Source: Clostridia bacterium
GTDB lineage: Bacteria > Bacillota > Clostridia > Christensenellales > UBA1242
Assembly (NCBI GenBank): GCA_900768545.1
Contig: CAAGDD010000007.1
Span: 25,709 to 89,708, forward strand
Direction of reading: 5' to 3'
DNA: 64,000 nt
Every line of letters starts with the position of its first letter. Position 1 is the stretch's first letter. The notes under the pieces were generated by a model. The model did no database searches. It saw only the letters and a list, made by a program, of their open reading frames with translations, and was not told where the DNA came from. This document shows, in pieces, positions 41,901 through 46,817 of this stretch. The translations under genes and the position numbers were made by a program.

Positions 41901-44900
41901 AAGCGAAAAACAATCTCATCACTTTTGCGGGAGAACATATCGAAAATGTTGTCGCAAACGGCACAATCCTTCAAGTGGGCGATGAATTTAGACTCAAAAC
42001 AGGAAATTCTTTGACTTTGAAAGTTACACCTTCGACAGGATTCAAACTTTCAGAAAATGTTTTGATCAGTGATGAAAGTGTTGAAGTTTTGTCAAAAACA
42101 ATCGAAGACGGAATTTTGACAATTGAAGTTTCAAACATCACAAAAGATGTTGAGTTTAGTTTTGAAACGATTGAACTTATAAATTCAATCACAATCACAT
42201 TTGATGACTATCAAAACTTTGATCGTATCGTTGTTGACGGCAGAAGTTATGTTGATTTGACAGCGCTTGAAAACTTTAGCGTTCAAACAGGAAAAGTGTT
42301 TGAATTTTATGTAAAAACTCGATATGGATTTGTTATCAAAGATGCTCAAAGTAATGAGTTTACAGTCACTGCAAGTGCATCGACCGAAGAAGGCTATGAA
42401 GAGTTCACAAAAGTTTCGGTCAGTCAAATCTATGTTGACGGACAAGTTTTGATTTCAAGTGAAAGACAAAAATTTGTCATAAAAGCTGAAGTTGTTTCTT
42501 ATGACGAAAATCAAAACGAAATCTATGAACCAGCAAACGAAGCATTGATCAAAAAACAAAGCTCAGCGGGCGGAATCGAACTTGTAAAAGTTATTGAAGT
42601 TGAATATGAAACAGAAGTTACAATTAAATACAACAATTCAAGCATATTCAGTTTTGTAGGTTGGAGTTATGACAAGACAACAGTCATTAGTCGTGACAAA
42701 GAATTTGTTTACAAAACAGAACAAGATCAAACGATTTATGCTATCTTCTCAAAACTTAAATACACTATCACTTTGAGTGCGGCGGACAACTTTGAGTTGA
42801 CCGAAGAAGCAGGTGGCGTAGAAAAAGTGGAATATCGAAAGGTTTACACTTCGTTCTATCGTCAAGACAGCAACGGAAACAAAGTTGAAATGACATCTTC
42901 TTCATTTGACATTTATTATGGCTCTGAAGAAACAATCTATGTTGACATTCCAAATGGATATACTTATGTTGGATATGGATATATGGAAAACGGAGTTTAT
43001 ACTCAAATCAATTCGACTCCATCTTCGGCAAGACAAATTAAATTTACAATTTCTTCTTATTCGCTCGACAAATCAAAAACAAATCTCGATATTTGTGTTG
43101 TGATTAGAGCACTTTACACAAGCATAAACTTCGAAAGTTTTGTTGATGTCAATGGAGTAAAACTTGAAAACGAAGTTGGCATAATGAAACTTACAAATTC
43201 AAACAGCGACGATGCAAATAGTTATGGATATGCGGTCGGCTCGCGTGTTCACTATCACAGCGACTCGTTTGAAAACGGGGAAGCAAAATCAAACACCGAT
43301 TTTAGAGTGGTTGCTTTCACCGGTGATGAAATTTTTGTTAAAGTTAAGTGTGAAAGAGTCGGCTATGCGTTCAAGAGCATTACTTCAACAAACAAACAGT
43401 TGGCGATTGTTGAAATTCGTGATGTCGGCGAATATAAGACCTTTAAGATTACAAACTTTACGGGGAACGGCGAAGATATTGATTTTGCAACAGTGACAGT
43501 TTTGTTTAAACCAAAAACAAATATTGTTGACCTTTCATTTGTTGATTCAAACGGAAAAGTAAATGCGGGCGCGTTTACAGTTTCGCCAGAAGACGGAAAC
43601 GAAGGAAAGGTTTGGACATCTGGTCGTGAATATTCTGGACTTACTGTTTCGGCTCTCACTGACACCGCGTTTGTGGTCAATGCGTATATTCGTGTTGGAT
43701 ACACAATCGACCTTTCAAATATCCAAATTGTTGACGAATCAAATATTATTGATCGCTCGACAATCAGCGGCACAGTTTTGTCAATCAAAGACACCGGTTA
43801 TGAAGCGAAAGTTTCATTTAAAGTGAACCGATATTTGGGAGTAACAAAGATCAACATTGTTGTTAAACCTTCGACTTACAAAGTTTTGCTCAAAGAACAA
43901 GACAAAGTTTTGGCACAAATTGACAATGTTGAATTTGGAAAACAATTAAATCTTGTAGATGTTGAAAATATCACTGTTTTGGACGATCGACTTGCCATTA
44001 TCGGCGGAAAACTTAAGTCAGTTATTCCAAAACAAAACTTCAATTTTGAAGGATATTTCACTCATCAAAATGGCGGCGGCGTGAGATATATTGATTCAAA
44101 CGGCGACGCAATAAACGCTTGGAACGAAAGCGGATATCAACTCAACAAACAGACAAACAAATATGAACTTGGCGAAGATGTTTACATCGACGAGTCAGGC
44201 GAAGTGGTCGTTTCACTTTACATTTATTGGTCATATTTGAAGACTCGAATTAGTTTTGAATTTGAGCCTGGCATTGTGACAAATTACACCGCTCAAGATA
44301 TGATTGAAGGTGTTGATTGGTCAAATTCTTGGTTCTACAAGACATCTCCAAATTATATTGAAGTGTCATTCAACACAAACATCAAGATCAACGCTCCAAA
44401 GCTTGACGGATATGGCTTCTTCAAATTTGTGATCAGTCAAAAGAATATTGACGGAATTTTGCTCACCGACGCTGTGGCTTACACAGATTCGATTCCATGG
44501 TCAACAAATGACTATGACAAGATTGTTGAGTGCAACATCAAGCTTGTTTACTTCGCACAAATCGAAGTTGAAACTTTTGGTGGCGAAGGAAGCTTCAATA
44601 TCATTCAAGATTACACAGAGCCACAAGCAAAGACAATGCTCGAAAAAGGCTATGCAGACACTTCAAAGACATGTTCGATTGAAGCTGTGCCAGCCGACGG
44701 ATATGACTTTGCTTATTGGATAGATTTGTCAACAAATGTTAGATATTCGACAAAGATTTTGACAAACTTGACCATTAAACAAAAGACAAGTTATATGCTC
44801 ACATTGGGCGGCAAATCTTCGACTCTCAGTTTTGAACAATATAATCCACAATTTGGTCAAATCACTGGCATAATTGTCGAATCTATGGACAATAGTTACA

Positions 44901-45949
44901 ACGAATACACGCTTGGGCACTATGAATGGACTCACTTTATGAAAGATACAAATCTCGTCACTGTTCGCGTGGGCGACAAGATCACATTTGTGATGAAAGT
45001 CGATTATGGCTTTGCTGTTTCGTGGGATAGAAAAGATATTAAGTTTAGCGAATATCTTGGCGACAACACTTATTATTTTACAATGAAGATTTTGCCAGAA
45101 GACGCAGGAAAGACTGTTGAAATCAATCCAACTTTCCAAGACGAACTTTTGTCGATCTATGTAAATGCTGTTTTTGCTGACGGACAAGTGCGCGACGACG
45201 CGATCGATATGAATATCACTTCGGCAGCGGGAGAAGTTTTGTGCAACGGTCAAAAGACAAACTTCTTTACAATGCGTCACGGCATTGATGCAACAATCGA
45301 TCCAAATGTCAAAGACAGATACAAAGTCGAAAAAGTCACTGTAAAAAATTATGGCAGAACTTTTGAAAATGTTGACGGAATGTTTGAAGACGGCGTTGTA
45401 AAACTCAAAGACAAATTCTTGACCGACAATTTGATTATTGGAAATGTTGAAATTACAATCGAGTTTTCAAGAAAAATGTGGGAAGATGTTGTCAGCGATC
45501 ATTTTGTGGGCGAAGGAACGAAAAACAATCCTTATTTAATAAGATCAGAATATGATTTGGCTATGATGATGAAACTTGTAAATTCTGGTGCAGAGAATGC
45601 GGACGGAGTTTTGTATAGAAAATGTTATTATTTACTTCAAAATGACATTGTTCTTGCAGAAAACTTCTGGACGCCTATTGGAACAGACGAAAACCCATTT
45701 GCGGGCAAGTTTGATTTCAAAGATCACAAAGTTTCAAGCATCTATTTGGCTTATATCTATGAAAGAATCTCATATTATGGCTTGTTTGGAGTTATCGCAA
45801 AAGACGCTCAAATCACTTCAACTGGACCATCACTTTGGTATATTTATTTGATAATTTCTATTATTTTGGTGGTTGTTGCGATTTTGGTGTTTATGATCGT
45901 ATATTCAAAACGACGCAAAAAACAAAGAGAAGAGCTTTCAAAAATTTAA
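26927..45949 (+). CDS. Giant surface protein (about 6340 aa): signal sequence, GLUG-type modules, Listeria-Bacteroides-type repeats, MBG/YDG-type repeats, C-terminal TM anchor
   Basis: Uninterrupted 19,023-nt ORF from ATG 26927, with GGGAGA 5 nt upstream. The TTG at 26894 in the ORF track is rejected. N terminus is MKRKIPFVLMLIFAFSFLGAYFV. Domain evidence is in the sub-features. Confidence 0.95.
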   Translation: MKRKIPFVLMLIFAFSFLGAYFVCDNSKTSDAGDAYAVSVNADTWDGVYPTSISDYDYKRDGDTNRYRIYTARGLAYFSHLVNDNNTQFSGCDIYLETNINLNFKEWTPIGNNSNSPFKGKFYGNGYKIYNPKLATTTDSLTSGLFGYTGGGTITNLTLENVDLSLLANIETVGLLVGNATDTYIQGCTTNLRSEPIFGNNFQAETFGGVVGKFAISNRGELKQCGLEGKLLAKNITQNFGGIVGRYVANGTAISQCYTNGQFALDNSGIDASQTFENPLAVGGIVGRSEASQNVAFSLDNSYVNCDLKMTNLKTTSYVGAFAGHTQKVNIKNVYFNGRLNYTSCRNMTYCDSVGLIDPDTTVQGKTTKGTGYYTEREKQIRYRYKTDENGEYVLDEDGNKILESYEVWVNVQKANPYSYVSKLNLGTITNFRYKYVDYGFNSGTNNGYYYTNKHRLARNGSFLYYGYDPTNSNTFNYTRELDEVYRVRPTSGDINKSPNYAYLAEYSLTSNSNVSQVLPSYKDFYEDSPSWDTWSTSVWKNNPYNNNGLIYLRWTDNVRKANNEPYYSADDNQLKGEGTQTNPYLISTAGDLGYFATNYENVYSKKTNAYYVLTNDIDLSGKNWLPIGNEKAPFSGVFDGNNYTISGLTCTFQQAKKYQGLFGVTKNAVIKNITIEKSKFINATSDGTYGVFAGKVCENSYFVNCKSVYNYQYFDDEKDDSDPNKPKVPIFGCIDANANLDSNIYVVYGVKNCSQTYDLQKDNFINPEDEVLLGNSNVVASSVLHFGYDVKVYRNGGTFYKASEANDITWGKTTYRYAKFEYTNSNGETKTSSNPYYGKIDIDYHFMIEKVDAGWNYIQQSIDSTIGQNLPALSNRYGEKDILIKQGYILTGYKLADETNQVLLSSSNDDHTFSLIDFDPFQNKIIAGLKPQWKYQRAKVKLYLNLLEKSWYKTELTKYAYDSIFKVDDRGEVYVEYDCEYDTFFNNLSFKNEFNKIRNGDSEIDDLYLMSYGYDSSGFATSINSPEYDCSGYVFVNNLDANNPFLCKAEWRADSQNNDYKVDFNFELENFSDKIYSYDFFDSITRQDYLYNSSNPTDSEKYLLLNDDGKSISTTYNTRFSDRRSRKIVYEIKLSPGYRLDMSGISTSPDAKELNDNGVFVTNYFDEGNNGDLNFGRPLISWKYSTIKTKEVDGRTYKSQNQYVYRFVFNNLVGDYLANLKVIRESQSIDTIINGDIAFGIGAKVTADKILIFDKEVGDFVEFNTAFGVDMDTKKLYVAYDYQNNRLVTSSNQFDSITLADKWFDDEGKLRLCYQINVNGTLKNEYYVYKKIEAGTSDNLCSASSNPITLSGGVDLYLSDGAGTLDSSNFIASWARKTDGTSHIHYYTSSSFTFLYSSENSDALFGKIYPNSRELNLSSDETKIYDSEVYNVTIQNTKTKVETDVSGVEIVSILKGAMYFDHIGQFFPKGLTSTSSPTPEAKIELLTKYTNASFQFQAVRKAVADGESEEVIYSNAAYSPMQAVSILQSGGRFTFDIVATDYFRFMNFDGSNPIKIKSSATDTSWNLKFVVTNPTCSSEAEEKTYTDNFNLNNTNILSYHSSSYYKKGTVENGETFAQDTYRVTLEYSGELKPGGYLCSFVCEDVKYSVDYDTKFVDHDENLKYSNEEFNITESNFVDESAADSQITTTLLRNDETDALPNHSDNILFSDNIKFNTTIGQYKGFSFLCWAFNDGSGLQYLENSNEFERLFSILNAQDEKTGDDRFKIKFYAIYERKQANITFESQYFFIENQDETYEENYTNIQISLNKPNITYKYSTADTQSGDLSNLKFEKQLGDEYYFVGYKILLKGENGLEDVLVTKDWQSDAPDVFSIYEFMKNKLSTDETIEAGSSWKIVPILKRKLADVYFHSGTGILADGKICLYNDGLNGIVYDEASNESTNRVFAVKDQIANSSLTLYSFLQWRELGSSMDIENFEDYSGSIEKVFNKRVGYHSPSKYYWGYHVYSEDDSVITGGTIDLSTISLDDTYFYRGSLTTKIHFYRIWTPSTYTIYFNAGKGYYQGDNAALEIDYDTDFNNTLIGEENLSEAVKRVGANTYREGYKLVGWNYNETRIFDNDGNLKDDDVVFIGGRYKVVGNITLDAVWIEGNYDVEIVTNDADSAKLNGQDLTNTKFVIKYAQTFENLSQDGENFNISLDDFAFERKGYIFDGFYTLDGGVKTKVTTKTEFDRNLKGANLSSGVILYVGWKFDESYLALDLNSTTFENKTFDKKISTYYLGSMFDSSNIVKIENFINSSTQTQLSLSANVTKSTLGISISSTNASVNSEQMSFVVKNAGTYYITLKFVIIDDAEFLNLGTVYEKTITFSVTCEKAVIDAEEIEKAFGDEAKLKNLQRLAENLVSKDSALLSCETLTAFINEYKKLDSTIADETNDEVYNYIKTKYYLLYHTNGNEFKKYKDWTYQQFVDERFAESEEYAQILKKSMFFDFYDSENEVTQMILDNDATKYNTLSLLSKHGADILSNVEDVTISAVRLFNYTNLTALSSPSVRIYFEDELKNYQTSFDENGAYIQVNAGYVYPQVLKIKNNSTRKSTYFNGQSDKFEIEWQANQAPVEIAGQNGQYYRIGQTKYFVSAKLYTSGAGQNDIDTDFSWTGDKNYLYFDEVRIFENDGDNYTEVTDLYRLALDEDDIFSILGVKGLVRLNLYSKYRTLLENSIEIGDVDRKMAQRSNLLKVSSVTYTDPDTNKSVTTTDTKALNVGSRFEVSNILMFEILSDSDNTLSIYANRLVTKMTFAIEDRFIGTNKYFGFNRWADNNSNNFEDGEVNPSYTNLADVTDVTFNFTYDTTDDTIAATTTAGHKYQGEVDSLFEIDYYAFFTDLVEAEYKLNFKGKEDRTDILKLGYSTQDNIYIPSQTGFSASSIKVVGLDYTTRLDYSEIFVGTDKVFRGLNIGFDASTATGQELLDGLKNYHQKVIFEMLWTMNDIKAEQYFTTYKTSTGSLEYFTYDSVANITNYNDEFFSYSYTWQKFDSGIWTTLSNGERLTFQSNGRYIDSGRYRLKIVAQVLPAYTSSIESGATSKSLDLNFELQFMRYQVTEVSLPENRSADYDAKDHLTDFTVGARYKSYNRETDSYDTDLQISSQYSKVGNMIFSALSNGAAVEKAINVGTYNISFVFDEELFDVSNISTDNMKFDFEILPIDVDLSKYKSTLDAFSKIFNETDPELSIIIYETQENIKINLLRQAGEDLGVYEIYFAGVSQEVKNNINYKFNDVMLFENGSLTAAASTTNIGKFEIKQSLELEIYYEESEAANLQFNFNNFDYQYEITNNAQLVIKNNSITVKTISLKLYDKAQKKDVSGEQLNILKALLGSIVPNFAGGTNAVRTSGTYYYSPVASDELKNYYPTIKFRDGYSITIVANSVDDFVVEKVFDGNDMQYFDLDKNEILDIDSYSGVYICARYTSVHVGENIKVVLWLESKNTSEDLSNYQLANTSTTGKITKLKTNLNATLDKSSYTFTEVTKSNVDELLSFTLTSTDGNDVTSLLYTGYYSIDFHLKNANVDQFDYVYKGSYNFEVTATFGDFEILSYNLPTLQIDLLSVEVSLGEGYVTTNAGQTIAASYERQITYDKFNLNINLLAYDGDTALANTTAVEGKYKLVLAQNLFENDSLKIVLKDNESSFVVLKMAGTLFARLDDQSVLTDNVYNKKTYKFVGDAENKTLKIYQDDTLLKQTTISFFTKNDEGVETIDNDVTFTTLSILTFDGLNQVTLAGNYLLKISTVSSKYANSAVFEIENNFVIDQKQIDVTKLDLTKSYDRRTDKNITQIDEVELGDSVAILARFDSVNVGETNGKLLLQGTDLKNYALSQTTFTNGMINKADATLTLTSTKFVYGDFKSSADIAFTITASSIVLPSEYTVLFDIENAQYSSANYLYAGTYNVLANIESDFYNVSYTTAQIEISKYVWNLNLTENGGMTLHYGDSDCFKNTFVQQLISTIGEHVDINFERESGSTIGFYRVTGGNIDGSTSQNYTFSVIDSSAYGYLQIKRANKGYYMLLSDEQTVSADDLQTGATAKLSYSGIAYDQVKLVSQNDQYYMRVSSLSYLQYFQDFALNLYYYNAETLLYELVTDEKVEGFGTNFSLVNNEIKNIGTYSVQTSDTTCENLNLRMGKQNATLYTFYIQIVPKQIYFKNSVVSKVFDNKDAIINYDDANTIFDGIYTKDTLSATITLKKGDAVARYVGSSLICEAKLIGDAAENYEIVYKSIDDSDVTGRIDRANIKVILNSSTYTYGEFTKDTKLKYEYQTDVDLTGYDNSSRNGLVIALNLNALDENYSTSNCLNAGVYSTRLAFGGEDFVLQSVIIDSKEYSLEDIDLTNLTCVVTVETKTLQIAQKSGGQSLSEIFTKTYDGETSANITDSDNNLLFDIVGIVGSDVVKVGSAYYAQATVGKSIKVNFDLLGADRANYVLDSLDYGTIKSIIVGLEFDYSKDGYNIISNVKRDSLQEISSLAFPFMTVSYLTSNSADANTISTRNFPTSLSGYTGHSFQYWIMTFDVQDGSTEKSQLESLIEKYSLQAQYNSLTEIYSVRVDNDEKSVRFLNALIGEENLLGYYYKQNNNIKIKFVPQWDENRYTLKVVIADWQTRKEITNGSFDVVIGSNTITNQTSWINNDMKFDSTVSIMFTAGDHTYYREFSSKAGKSLFGQEVGSRYILSAYKIDSDDTITIYVENQKVNVVLKIDDSQTKVENSQNTNFTKLANGNYTWTSDYFDFVNNNVTLKTIAQTISKTGFSLATLGGVTYDQFDSTTIASLVRSASSKEETITLSMTFGAEMVEITLDFGYEFEEGVSTKTLQVQYSSAFNTAAGWQDDLQREGYEFGGWFSDEMRVYGTDLVLTTDAITLTAKWTVKKYSVSFVAENGQILDASQNFDYDDQTQTYTFSGVPYQTQLTFTLSANSGYEISDAASWSEYFTLLISQDRTSADVTFTMPAIEDFIYSMLIEAKNNLITFAGEHIENVVANGTILQVGDEFRLKTGNSLTLKVTPSTGFKLSENVLISDESVEVLSKTIEDGILTIEVSNITKDVEFSFETIELINSITITFDDYQNFDRIVVDGRSYVDLTALENFSVQTGKVFEFYVKTRYGFVIKDAQSNEFTVTASASTEEGYEEFTKVSVSQIYVDGQVLISSERQKFVIKAEVVSYDENQNEIYEPANEALIKKQSSAGGIELVKVIEVEYETEVTIKYNNSSIFSFVGWSYDKTTVISRDKEFVYKTEQDQTIYAIFSKLKYTITLSAADNFELTEEAGGVEKVEYRKVYTSFYRQDSNGNKVEMTSSSFDIYYGSEETIYVDIPNGYTYVGYGYMENGVYTQINSTPSSARQIKFTISSYSLDKSKTNLDICVVIRALYTSINFESFVDVNGVKLENEVGIMKLTNSNSDDANSYGYAVGSRVHYHSDSFENGEAKSNTDFRVVAFTGDEIFVKVKCERVGYAFKSITSTNKQLAIVEIRDVGEYKTFKITNFTGNGEDIDFATVTVLFKPKTNIVDLSFVDSNGKVNAGAFTVSPEDGNEGKVWTSGREYSGLTVSALTDTAFVVNAYIRVGYTIDLSNIQIVDESNIIDRSTISGTVLSIKDTGYEAKVSFKVNRYLGVTKINIVVKPSTYKVLLKEQDKVLAQIDNVEFGKQLNLVDVENITVLDDRLAIIGGKLKSVIPKQNFNFEGYFTHQNGGGVRYIDSNGDAINAWNESGYQLNKQTNKYELGEDVYIDESGEVVVSLYIYWSYLKTRISFEFEPGIVTNYTAQDMIEGVDWSNSWFYKTSPNYIEVSFNTNIKINAPKLDGYGFFKFVISQKNIDGILLTDAVAYTDSIPWSTNDYDKIVECNIKLVYFAQIEVETFGGEGSFNIIQDYTEPQAKTMLEKGYADTSKTCSIEAVPADGYDFAYWIDLSTNVRYSTKILTNLTIKQKTSYMLTLGGKSSTLSFEQYNPQFGQITGIIVESMDNSYNEYTLGHYEWTHFMKDTNLVTVRVGDKITFVMKVDYGFAVSWDRKDIKFSEYLGDNTYYFTMKILPEDAGKTVEINPTFQDELLSIYVNAVFADGQVRDDAIDMNITSAAGEVLCNGQKTNFFTMRHGIDATIDPNVKDRYKVEKVTVKNYGRTFENVDGMFEDGVVKLKDKFLTDNLIIGNVEITIEFSRKMWEDVVSDHFVGEGTKNNPYLIRSEYDLAMMMKLVNSGAENADGVLYRKCYYLLQNDIVLAENFWTPIGTDENPFAGKFDFKDHKVSSIYLAYIYERISYYGLFGVIAKDAQITSTGPSLWYIYLIISIILVVVAILVFMIVYSKRRKKQREELSKI
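27053..27960 (+). other. N-terminal GLUG-motif / beta-helix-like module 1
   Basis: YIYTARGLAYFSHLV...WTPIGNNSNSPFKGKFYGNGYKIYN is followed by repeated GLFG, VGLLVG, FGGVVG, FGGIVGRYVANGTAISQCYTNG, VGGIVG and VGAFAG turns. Confidence 0.7.
28655..29060 (+). other. NPY-start / GLUG-type module 2
   Basis: GEGTQTNPYLISTAGDLGYFA...YYVLTNDIDLSGKNWLPIGNEKAPFSGVFDGNNYTISGL...QGLFGVTKNAVIKNI. Confidence 0.7.
33040..33690 (+). repeat. Listeria-Bacteroides (Flg_new/InlB B-repeat)-type modules
   Basis: YTIYFNAGKGYY...REGYKLVGWNY...ITLDAVW, then YDVEIVTN...RKGYIFDGFYT...ILYVGWKF. More degenerate copies with the G-[YF]-x-[FL]-x-G-[WY] signature occur near 29590, 32100, 32450 and 40530. Confidence 0.65.
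36200..40340 (+). repeat. Array of MBG/YDG-type repeat modules
   Basis: Repeated units of the form (V/A/I)G(T/S/V)Y...NY...(I/L)xP/K...K.YD(G/R/N). Examples are NVGTYNISF..FEILP, KVFDGNDMQYF, KSYDRRTDKNI..LKNYAL, AGTYNVLAN..IEISK, KVFDNKDAIINY..AENYEIVY and KTYDGETSANI..RANYVLDSLDYGTIKSI. Confidence 0.65.
41390..45330 (+). repeat. Run of roughly 90-100 aa Ig-like/InlB-B-repeat-like modules
   Basis: Recurrent modules of the form strand, then G-Y/F-x-F/V, then strand. Examples are REGYEFGGWFS..LTAKWTVKKYSVSF, SANSGYEISD, PSTGFKLSEN, KTRYGFVIKD, FSFVGWSY..IYAIFSKLKYTITL, NGYTYVGYGY, ERVGYAFKSI, IRVGYTIDLS, FNFEGYFT, DGYGFFKFVI, DGYDFAYWID and VDYGFAVSWD. Confidence 0.55.
45505..45830 (+). other. 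Third NPY-start module, membrane-proximal
   Basis: VGEGTKNNPYLIRSEYDLAMMMKLV...YYLLQNDIVLAENFWTPIGTDENPFAGKFDFKDHKVSSIYL. Confidence 0.65.
45833..45946 (+). other. C-terminal TM helix plus basic tail
   Basis: LWYIYLIISIILVVVAILVFMIVY followed by SKRRKKQREELSKI. Confidence 0.8.
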
Positions 45950-45993
45950 TATTTAAGACAAGCTTATGAATATAATAGAGCAAGGAGGCAGTT

Positions 45994-46755
45994 ATGCAAA
46001 GTTTCCTTGCTTTATTTTTTTTAGGCATTTTGCAGGGCGTAACCGAGTTTTTGCCGGTGTCATCGTCGGGACATCTCGTGTTGTTTTCAAAAATTTTTGG
46101 AATAGATGAAAGTCTTTTTGTCAGTGTTGTTTTGCATTTTGCGACACTTTTGTCAATTTTGGTCATGCTTCGAAAAGAAGTTTGGCAAATCGTGCGTCAC
46201 CCATTTTCAAAACTCTCGATTCAACTCATAGCCGCAACGATCCCAACTTGTTTGATTGTTTTAATATTAATGCCAATAGTTAAAAAGTCGTTTTCGGGAG
46301 TGATGTTGCCGCTTTGTTTTTTCTTGTGCGCGATTATTTTGCTTGTGGCGGATATGCTGTCAAAAAAGAAGGCACAAAAACCTTTTGATCTTAAAACGGC
46401 GGTTATTATGGGGATCGCACAAGGCTTGGCAGTCTTTCCGGGGATATCTCGCTCTGGGACAACAATCTCTGCGGGACTTTTGGCGGGTGGCGACAAAAAA
46501 GAAACAGCAAAATTTTCGTTTTTGATGAGCATTCCAATCATTTTTCTGTCGCTTGTAATGGAAATTTTTGAGTTTTGCACAGGTGCAGAAAAAATCACTG
46601 TCAAATTTCTTCCACTTGCGTGCTCGTTTGTTGCGGCGTTCGTTGTTGGGATTTTTGCAATAAAAATTATGTTAAAACTGACCGAAAGAGCAAATTTGAA
46701 GTGGTTTTCACTTTATTTAATTTTGATATCGATTTTGTCGCTATTTTTGATTTAA
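45994..46755 (+). CDS. uppP: Undecaprenyl-diphosphate phosphatase
   Basis: N-terminal GILQGVTEFLPVSSSGHLVL and PGISRSGTTISAGL in a polytopic protein. AGGAGG lies upstream. The gap after the giant gene is only 44 nt with no hairpin. Confidence 0.9.
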   Translation: MQSFLALFFLGILQGVTEFLPVSSSGHLVLFSKIFGIDESLFVSVVLHFATLLSILVMLRKEVWQIVRHPFSKLSIQLIAATIPTCLIVLILMPIVKKSFSGVMLPLCFFLCAIILLVADMLSKKKAQKPFDLKTAVIMGIAQGLAVFPGISRSGTTISAGLLAGGDKKETAKFSFLMSIPIIFLSLVMEIFEFCTGAEKITVKFLPLACSFVAAFVVGIFAIKIMLKLTERANLKWFSLYLILISILSLFLI

Positions 46756-46817
46756 AAATATTGTCGAAATTGAATAATCAAACTTTTCAAAAAATATTTT
46801 AAATCACGGGAGATATC

